From Pirellula staleyi DSM 6068 (GTDB lineage Bacteria > Planctomycetota > Planctomycetia > Pirellulales > Pirellulaceae), in assembly GCA_000025185.1 (NCBI GenBank), contig CP001848.1, forward strand, positions 3,030,001 to 3,062,000: 32,000 nt of DNA. The letters run 5' to 3'. Position numbers and translations under genes: made by a program. The notes under the pieces are model-generated. The model saw only the letters and a list, made by a program, of their open reading frames with translations. It was not told the origin of the DNA and searched no databases. This document shows positions 25,774-32,000 of this stretch, piece by piece. The number at the start of each line of letters is the position of its first letter. The first letter of the stretch is position 1.

Positions 25774-26463
25774 ATGGAGTCGACGGATCTGAAATTGGCG
25801 GCCAGTCACGCAGGATGTTGTTCTGCCGACGCTGGCTCCGAAGGTGTGAGTGCTCACGAGGCACTGGTAAACACGCCGGAGTCGGCCATGAAGTCTCCCG
25901 TCGATCTGCAGCGGATCGAGCGCGCGGTACGCGAAATCCTGGCGGCTGTGGGAGAAGATCCCGATCGCGAAGGGCTCCTCGAAACGCCTGCCCGTGTCGC
26001 TCGCATGTATGCAGAGATGTTCAGCGGGCTGAAGCTCGATCCCCGCGAGCACACGCGTAAGTTCTTCACCGAACAGTACGACGAAGTGGTGCTGGTGCGC
26101 GACATCAGCTTCTGCAGCATGTGCGAACATCACCTGCTGCCGTTCATCGGTCATGCCCACGTCGCTTATATCCCCAATGGCAAAGTGATCGGCCTCTCGA
26201 AGATCGCTCGCGTGGTGGAAGTGATTTCGCGACGCCCCCAAGTGCAAGAGCGAATGACCGAAGACATTGCGAACCTGCTGGTCGACGAATTGCACGCCAA
26301 AGGTGTGGCTGTGGTGGTGGAAGCATCGCACAGCTGCATGACGATTCGAGGGGTCCGTAAACCAGGAAGCTCGATGGTCACCTCGGCCATGAAGGGCTTG
26401 TTCCGATCGAACCTTTCGACCCGTGCCGAAGTGATGCAGCTGATCTACGGCAGTAAGCGATAA
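25774..26463 (+). CDS. folE: GTP cyclohydrolase I (FolE, type IA)
   Basis: [67 protein letters not shown] and [15 protein letters not shown]. Start is ambiguous. ATG 25888 ([14 protein letters not shown]) gives 191 aa, co-linear with B. subtilis FolE. ATG 25774 adds 38 aa that include SAHEALV, reminiscent of the E. coli FolE N-terminus (VHEALV). Confidence 0.92.
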   Translation: MESTDLKLAASHAGCCSADAGSEGVSAHEALVNTPESAMKSPVDLQRIERAVREILAAVGEDPDREGLLETPARVARMYAEMFSGLKLDPREHTRKFFTEQYDEVVLVRDISFCSMCEHHLLPFIGHAHVAYIPNGKVIGLSKIARVVEVISRRPQVQERMTEDIANLLVDELHAKGVAVVVEASHSCMTIRGVRKPGSSMVTSAMKGLFRSNLSTRAEVMQLIYGSKR

Positions 26464-26471
26464 GTGCAGGC

Positions 26472-27263
26472 GTGGGATCGATTGTTCTGATTCTGATCGA
26501 GTTCATGTTTCGCATGTGCTTGGGCATTTCACTGGCGATGGCGGTCACCCCTGCGCGCTACGTGACGAGTGGTTTCTATCGCGTTCATCTGTGGGTGATC
26601 ATGGGGCTCGCCACATTCGGCGGGCTAATGATTTACTCCTCGATGTCGGCGGCTGAGGCACCAGCCTACTTAAAACCGCAGCTCTATCTGGCGATTGCAA
26701 TTGCTGTGGTCAGTTACATCGGGGCGGTGATCTGGATGTACGAAGCGAGCCGCGCGGGAGTTGCTGCGCTACTGATAGTCAGCCTGCTGTCGCTTGTTGC
26801 AATGCTCGCTGCGGTGCTGAAACTCTCCGCCGCAATGATCGCCTGGCAAATGCTCGATCGCATTACCGGAAGTTTTGTCGTCGGGCTTGTCACCACGGCG
26901 ATGCTGCTGGGGCACTGGTACCTCAACACCCCCGGCATGCGACTCGAACCGCTACGCCAACTGCTGATTCTGCTGGCGCTCGCGATTCTGCTTCGGATGC
27001 TCTTTTCCGGCGCGGGACTGATTGCCACCTATGCTGTGGCCGATTCGGCACCTCCCCTCACGCAGAGCTGGATCGCGTTTCTCTCGCTCCGCTGGATTGC
27101 CGGTCTGCTGGCGACACTCGGGCTCACTTGGCTGACGTGGCTGACGCTCAAAATTCCTAACACGCAAAGTGCGACCGGCATTCTTTACGCGGGGGTGATT
27201 TTGGCGCTGATTGGCGAACTAACTTCCCAGCTGATGAGCGCGCAGAATCCATTTCCGCTATGA
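26472..27263 (+). CDS. hypothetical polytopic membrane protein (about 7-8 TM)
   Basis: 263-aa ORF with a GTG start 8 nt after the folE stop (internal ATG alternatives at 26505 and 26514). Hydrophobic segments run throughout, and the conserved-looking motif LLGHWYLNTPGMRLEPL is present. I do not recognise a family. Confidence 0.7.
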   Translation: MGSIVLILIEFMFRMCLGISLAMAVTPARYVTSGFYRVHLWVIMGLATFGGLMIYSSMSAAEAPAYLKPQLYLAIAIAVVSYIGAVIWMYEASRAGVAALLIVSLLSLVAMLAAVLKLSAAMIAWQMLDRITGSFVVGLVTTAMLLGHWYLNTPGMRLEPLRQLLILLALAILLRMLFSGAGLIATYAVADSAPPLTQSWIAFLSLRWIAGLLATLGLTWLTWLTLKIPNTQSATGILYAGVILALIGELTSQLMSAQNPFPL

Positions 27264-27334
27264 TGTAGGGTTGGTAATCGTCTGTAGACCAACGCGCGAA
27301 GTCCCTGCCAACGTCGCGCTGGAGACCCGGCTCG

Positions 27335-27847
27335 ATGAACGTCACGTATCGTTGTCCCCACTGCGACCAACTCGCCCAGGCGTCGTTCACGGCTGAGTCG
27401 AGCGAGATTGTCTGCACAGCCTGCAACCACCGTCTGCAAGTTCCCGAAGGTTCCTGCACCAACGAGCAGGTGACGCGGTGCCTCGTCTGCCCGAGCCAAG
27501 AGCTCTACATTCGTAAGAACTTTCCGCAGGGGCTCGGCGTGACGATTGTCGCGCTGGGGATCATCGGCAGCACGATTGCATGGTATTATCACTATCGGTT
27601 CGTGGCCTACGGCTTTCTCTTCGGCACGGCGTTAATCGATTTACTCTTGTACCTGTTTGTAGGTAATCTACTGCAGTGCTATCGATGCCAGGCGCAATAC
27701 CGAGGCGTCCCTGGGCTCGAGAACCACGAGCCGTTTAATCTGGAAACCCACGAGCGCTATCGGCAACAGGCGATTCGACTCGCGGAAGCCGAGCGGGCTC
27801 AAGCAGCCAGCAAAGCCGCCAGTGGTTCGAGCACACCGGCCAGTTGA
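27335..27847 (+). CDS. zinc-ribbon membrane protein (four CxxC motifs, two TM helices)
   Basis: 170-aa ORF. CPHC...CTAC form the first ribbon. CLVC is followed by two TM helices (LGVTIVALGIIGSTIAWYY, FVAYGFLFGTALIDLLLYLFV) and then CYRC. The C-terminal tail is Ala/Gln-rich. Confidence 0.75.
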   Translation: MNVTYRCPHCDQLAQASFTAESSEIVCTACNHRLQVPEGSCTNEQVTRCLVCPSQELYIRKNFPQGLGVTIVALGIIGSTIAWYYHYRFVAYGFLFGTALIDLLLYLFVGNLLQCYRCQAQYRGVPGLENHEPFNLETHERYRQQAIRLAEAERAQAASKAASGSSTPAS

Positions 27848-27990
27848 CTATGTACCCGCTCGAGGGCACTTGCTCGATAGGCCGCTGGTTTTGCTTTACG
27901 AAGTTTGTGACTGATCACGCTGGGATGAATCGGGCCGACGCACCGTTGTAAACACCTCACGATTCTTCTTACTCCCCCCTCCACATCACC

Positions 27991-30990
27991 ATGGATCAGC
28001 AGCGCGAACGGATCGAAGCTGATTTGCGGGGACTGCTGGCAGGCCAGGTGTTCTGCGACGACTTCACCGTCCAGATGTACTCGACCGACGCGAGTATCTA
28101 TCAAGTCCGGCCGCTGGGAGTGGTTCGTCCGCGCGGCGTTGCCGATGTGCGGGCCCTCGTCCGCTACGCTGCTGAAAATTCCATCTCGCTCCACGCACGC
28201 GGCGCCGGCACGGGGCTCGCTGGCGAATCGCTCGGACCAGGTCTCGTCGTCGATTTCTCGCAAGCGATGCGCCGCATCGTGAGTCTCGACCAAGATACCG
28301 TGACGGTTCAGCCCGGGGTGGTGCTGGGGCAACTCAATCGCTACCTCGCCAGTTTTGGGAAGCAGTTTGGACCGAGCCCAGCCACCGGTGGCGTTACCAC
28401 CATGGGGAGTGTTCTCGCGCTCGACAACTCGGGAAGCAACTGGCTCCGGCATGGGAGCGCCCGCCGCCATATTTTGTCGATGCAGGTGGTGCTGGCCGAT
28501 GGCGAATCAATGGAAGTCGCCAAGCATCGTGTGACCGACGATCCGGTAGTCGATCCATCTCCTCGTCGCCGCGAACTGGTGCGCCGACTTGCGGAGCTAA
28601 TTCAGCGCGAATCACGCGTCATTCAGTCGCAGCAGCCCAAAAGCTGCGTCAATCGCGTCGGCTATCACCTGCACGATGTCCTCGAAAATGGTCAGCTCGA
28701 TCTGGCCCGTTTGCTCGTCGGTTCCGAAGGGACTCTCGCCCTCATCACGCAGGCGACTCTTCGAATCGTGCCGATTCCCAAGCATCGGGCGCTGATGGTG
28801 GTCTTCTTCGATCGGCTCGAGTCGGCGGTGCAGGCAGCGATGGATGCCGCTGCTCTCGGCCTCGCGTCGTGCGATTTGATGGACCGACGCATTCTGACAC
28901 TGGCGCGCGATACCGATCCGCGCTACGCTGCGATCATCCCGCGCGATGCCGAAGCGATGCTGCTGGTCGAACAGCAGTCGGACGATGCTGCCGAGGTGGT
29001 TGATAGCCTGCAGCAAGTGGCGATGCACTGGCAGCGCAAGCGTCGACTTGCCTTCGACACGAAGTTGGTGCAATCTCCCGACGACTGCGATGCCTTGCGG
29101 CGCATGGCGCGGCGCGTTTCCCCCACGCTCTACCGCGTGGCTGGCCCCGAGCGTCCCACGCCGTTCATCGAAGATATTGCGGTTCCCCCCGATCGGCTCG
29201 CCGACTTCGTGGTGCGGATGCAAAACACGCTCAAAGCGCATCAGGTCACCGCGTCACTCTTTGCCCACGCCGGGCATGGTCAGCTGCACGTTCGGCCGTT
29301 TTTGAATCTGGCCGACCCAGCGCACGTGCGCAAAATGCATGCGATCGCCAGCGAACTCTATCAGCAGGTGCTCGACGTCGGCGGCACGATCAGTGGCGAG
29401 CATGGCTGCGGGCTCAGCCGCACTTGGTTTGTCAAACGTCAGTGCGGTCCGCTGTACGACGTGCTTCGCGAAGTGAAACGCATTTTCGATCCGCAAAATC
29501 TGCTCAATCCCGGCAAAGTGGTCGCCGATGTCCCGCAGCCTCTCGTAAAAAATCTCCGCTCCTTTGCCGCAGCGGGAGAGATTGAAGAGACCACCATTTC
29601 GCTGCCGAGCGAAACCGAAGTGACCGTGGTACATGAGCCACCAGGCCGCATGGAATCACCGCTCGAACTCCATCTGGCGTGGAACGAACCGCTGCCGATG
29701 GTTGCCAGCGAATGCAACGGCTGTGGACGTTGCCGAACGCAGTCGCCCGAGATGCGAATGTGCCCCATTTTTCGGATGGCACCCGCCGAAGAAGCATCCC
29801 CTCGCGCGAAAGCCAATCTGCTGCAAAGTTTTGTCGCGGGACAGCTCGACGTGGCCGATCTCACGAAAGAGCGTTTCAAAAACATCGCCGACTTGTGCGT
29901 GAACTGTCATCAGTGCCGGCTCGAATGTCCTGCGGCGGTCGACATCCCCAAGCTGATGATCGAATCCAAGGCGCAGTACGTTGCTGGCAACGGACTCGAC
30001 ACCACCGACTGGATTCTCTCGCGACTCGACTGGGTCTCGCGCTGGGGGAGTCGGTTGATGCCGATCGCGAACTGGATTTTGCGAACTCGCTGGACCCGCT
30101 GGCTAATGGAAAAAGCGACCGGAATTGCGCAGGGTCGAAAATTGCCGCGCCTCGCCTCGTCGAGCTTTTTGCGTCGCGCCGAGAAACGTCGACTCACTCG
30201 TCCCACCCGTCGGGTCGGCACGAAAGTCCTCTACTTCGTCGACGTCTATGCCAACTATTACGACGTCAAACTGGCCGAGTCGTTTGTCAGCGTCCTCGAG
30301 CACAACGGCATTGCCGTCTACGTCCCGGCCGAGCAGTTGCAGTCGGGGATGGCCAAGATTTCGCTCGGGGATGTCGAGCGCGCAAGGCCCTTGGTGGCGC
30401 AGAACGTGGCGATGCTCGCCGATGCTGTGCGGCAAGGCTACACCATAGTCGCCACCGAACCATCGGCCGCCCTCTGCCTGACGCACGAGTACCCCACTTT
30501 ACTCGACGACGACGACGCCAAACTGGTCGCCGCTAACACCAAAGAAGCGTGCCAGTACCTCTGGGAAATGCATGCCACGGGGCGACTCGAACTCGACTTC
30601 AAGCCTCTGAACATCACCGTCGGACATCATGTGCCGTGTCATCAGCGCGCCTTAAGCGATAAAAGTTTTTCGCGGCTGCTGCTGGGGCTCCTCAAAGGAG
30701 TGACCGTCAAGCCGATCGAGCGCGGCTGTAGTGGCATGGCCGGCACGTTTGGCCTGCGCCGCGATAACTACCGCACCAGTCTCCGCGCTGGATTCGGCCT
30801 CATCGCCGCGCTCCGCGATCCATCGATCGAAGTCGGTGTGACCGAGTGCAGTTCGTGTAAAATGCAGATGGAACAGGGGACCACCAAGCCGACGATTCAC
30901 CCGATTAAGTTGCTCGCCCTGGCGTACGGATTGCATCCCGAATTCGAGCAGCTGCTGACTTCGCGCAGCGAAGAGTTGGTGGTGACATGA
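27991..30990 (+). CDS. FAD-linked oxidase fused to 4Fe-4S dicluster and CCG domains (YdiJ-like D-2-hydroxyacid dehydrogenase / GlcD-GlcF fusion)
   Basis: 999-aa ORF. N-terminal PCMH-type FAD domain (PLGVVRPRGVADVRALVRYAAENSISLHARGAGTGLAGESLG). Two CxxCxxCxxxCP ferredoxin motifs (CNGCGRCRTQSPEMRMCP; CVNCHQCRLECP). C-terminal cysteine-rich CCG-type region (HVPCHQRAL...ECSSCKMQMEQG). Length and order match E. coli YdiJ. Confidence 0.9.
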   Translation: MDQQRERIEADLRGLLAGQVFCDDFTVQMYSTDASIYQVRPLGVVRPRGVADVRALVRYAAENSISLHARGAGTGLAGESLGPGLVVDFSQAMRRIVSLDQDTVTVQPGVVLGQLNRYLASFGKQFGPSPATGGVTTMGSVLALDNSGSNWLRHGSARRHILSMQVVLADGESMEVAKHRVTDDPVVDPSPRRRELVRRLAELIQRESRVIQSQQPKSCVNRVGYHLHDVLENGQLDLARLLVGSEGTLALITQATLRIVPIPKHRALMVVFFDRLESAVQAAMDAAALGLASCDLMDRRILTLARDTDPRYAAIIPRDAEAMLLVEQQSDDAAEVVDSLQQVAMHWQRKRRLAFDTKLVQSPDDCDALRRMARRVSPTLYRVAGPERPTPFIEDIAVPPDRLADFVVRMQNTLKAHQVTASLFAHAGHGQLHVRPFLNLADPAHVRKMHAIASELYQQVLDVGGTISGEHGCGLSRTWFVKRQCGPLYDVLREVKRIFDPQNLLNPGKVVADVPQPLVKNLRSFAAAGEIEETTISLPSETEVTVVHEPPGRMESPLELHLAWNEPLPMVASECNGCGRCRTQSPEMRMCPIFRMAPAEEASPRAKANLLQSFVAGQLDVADLTKERFKNIADLCVNCHQCRLECPAAVDIPKLMIESKAQYVAGNGLDTTDWILSRLDWVSRWGSRLMPIANWILRTRWTRWLMEKATGIAQGRKLPRLASSSFLRRAEKRRLTRPTRRVGTKVLYFVDVYANYYDVKLAESFVSVLEHNGIAVYVPAEQLQSGMAKISLGDVERARPLVAQNVAMLADAVRQGYTIVATEPSAALCLTHEYPTLLDDDDAKLVAANTKEACQYLWEMHATGRLELDFKPLNITVGHHVPCHQRALSDKSFSRLLLGLLKGVTVKPIERGCSGMAGTFGLRRDNYRTSLRAGFGLIAALRDPSIEVGVTECSSCKMQMEQGTTKPTIHPIKLLALAYGLHPEFEQLLTSRSEELVVT

Positions 30991-31247
30991 GCCAGACAGC
31001 AGTCACCTATCGCATCAAACTGTTTGCCGCCGCCAAGCAGTTGGCAGGGCGCGGCGAGATTGAAATTGAACTTGCGCGTGGTGTAGCAGTGGGAACGCTT
31101 CGCGCGGCAATCGTAGCGCACTATCCCGAGCTGACTTCGCTCGTAAAAGCAGGCCGCATTGCCGCCGGCGCGAGCTATGTCGACGACTCCACGCTGCTCG
31201 ATCCGTCGGCCGAGCTGGCCCTCATTCCTCCGGTGAGTGGAGGGTAG
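30987..31247 (+). CDS. moaD: molybdopterin synthase sulfur-carrier subunit MoaD (ThiS/MoaD family)
   Basis: 86-aa ORF ending ...LIPPVSGG (C-terminal Gly-Gly). ATGA overlap with the preceding gene (30987-30990). It sits directly upstream of moaE. Confidence 0.85.
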   Translation: MSQTAVTYRIKLFAAAKQLAGRGEIEIELARGVAVGTLRAAIVAHYPELTSLVKAGRIAAGASYVDDSTLLDPSAELALIPPVSGG

Positions 31248-31253
31248 CAAGCC

Positions 31254-31685
31254 ATGATCGAAATCACACAGAGCCCCATCGATAGCGCCCAGGTACTCGC
31301 TGCCGTACAGTCGACCGCTGCCGGCGCCGCTGTTCTTTTTTTAGGAACAACCCGCGAGTTCACCCACGGAAAACAAACGGTGCGGTTGGCCTACGAGGCG
31401 TACGAGCCGATGGCCCTCGCGGAGCTGAAGAAACTTGCCGAAAAAGCATCGTCGCAGTGGCAGCTCACCGCCGTGGCCATCGTCCATCGCGTGGGAGAAG
31501 TGGGCCTCGGAGAAGCGAGTGTCGCCATCGCCGTCAGCTCGCCGCATCGCGACGCCGCCTTCGCCGCCGGAAAATGGATCATTGACACGCTGAAGCAAGA
31601 TGTGCCAATCTGGAAGCAGGAACATTGGTCCGATGGAACGACAGAATGGCAACATCCAGGAGCCTCTGACGGCAGCCGATCATGA
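31254..31685 (+). CDS. moaE: molybdopterin synthase catalytic subunit MoaE
   Basis: 143-aa [49 protein letters not shown] and [13 protein letters not shown] are typical MoaE motifs. GGAGGG lies 10 nt upstream of the ATG. Confidence 0.9.
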   Translation: MIEITQSPIDSAQVLAAVQSTAAGAAVLFLGTTREFTHGKQTVRLAYEAYEPMALAELKKLAEKASSQWQLTAVAIVHRVGEVGLGEASVAIAVSSPHRDAAFAAGKWIIDTLKQDVPIWKQEHWSDGTTEWQHPGASDGSRS

Positions 31686-32000
31686 ACGATCACGAGCCGC
31701 TGGTCGATGCGTTTGGTCGCGTGCATACCAGCTTGCGAATTAGTGTGACCGATCGCTGCAACATCCGCTGCTTCTACTGCATGCCGGATACCGCTCTTCG
31801 TTTTCTCCCTCGCAGCGAAATCCTGACGTTTGAAGAGATCGAGCGTCTGGTCCGCATTCTGGCCCCGCTGGGAGTGAGCAAACTCCGGCTCACCGGTGGC
31901 GAGCCGCTGCTGCGGGCCGATCTGGCGGGGCTCGTGCGCCGACTCAGCGCGATCGAGGGGGTCGCGGAAGTGGCGATGACCACCAACGGCATCTTGCTCG
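31682..32000 (+). CDS. moaA: GTP 3',8-cyclase MoaA (radical SAM), partial; continues beyond the window end
   Basis: Not in the ORF track because it has no in-window stop. ATG 31682 overlaps the moaE stop (ATGA). Own translation: [35 protein letters not shown]... (CxxxCxxC radical-SAM cluster) ...[14 protein letters not shown]...MTTNGILL. Confidence 0.9.
   Translation, partial: MNDHEPLVDAFGRVHTSLRISVTDRCNIRCFYCMPDTALRFLPRSEILTFEEIERLVRILAPLGVSKLRLTGGEPLLRADLAGLVRRLSAIEGVAEVAMTTNGILL

Noticed and set aside
27799-30536. ORFs 27799-28470 (-), 28612-29241 (-) and 29679-30536 (+) inside the YdiJ-like gene
   Set aside because: They are antisense or out of frame relative to a 999-aa ORF with FAD, 2x[4Fe-4S] and CCG motifs, and their sequences are Arg-rich nonsense.

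Overview
Gene-dense, high-GC window; hand-counted 60-nt blocks give 57-73% GC, apart from one ~48% GC gene. I found no rRNA, tRNA, CRISPR array, transposase, integrase or phage gene, and no recognisable defence system. The gene content suggests a Planctomycetota (Pirellulales-like) chromosome, which is inference only. The evidence is Bat-type VWA membrane proteins, a DUF1559 (H-X9-DG type) domain, Tat-exported Gfo/Idh/MocA oxidoreductases, ECF sigma/anti-sigma pairs and a secreted squalene-cyclase-repeat protein. Minus-strand block (1-15086): a partial VWA protein, a BatA-N/VWA protein, a prenyltransferase-repeat protein, an ECF sigma with a 1581-aa anti-sigma-like beta-propeller protein, a Tat-DUF1028 protein, and a second ECF sigma whose anti-sigma carries a pilin-like DUF1559 domain. 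Plus-strand block (15334-21171): an NCS2/AzgA-like permease, a SAM methyltransferase, a low-GC secreted protein, an isopropylmalate/tartrate-dehydrogenase-family enzyme and an SDR. Then come three minus-strand exported enzymes: two Gfo/Idh/MocA oxidoreductases and a ceramidase-like protein. The last plus-strand block is folE, two unknown membrane proteins, a ~1000-aa YdiJ-like FAD/Fe-S oxidase, then moaD, moaE and a partial moaA. The points most worth a second look are the anti-sigma::DUF1559 fusion, the giant anti-sigma, two related families of REP-like palindromic elements at gene 3' ends, a low-GC gene bracketed by those elements, and purine-poor TTAC[AT]C...CCAC leaders upstream of many genes. 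All functional calls rest on motif and family recognition by eye. No database search was run.
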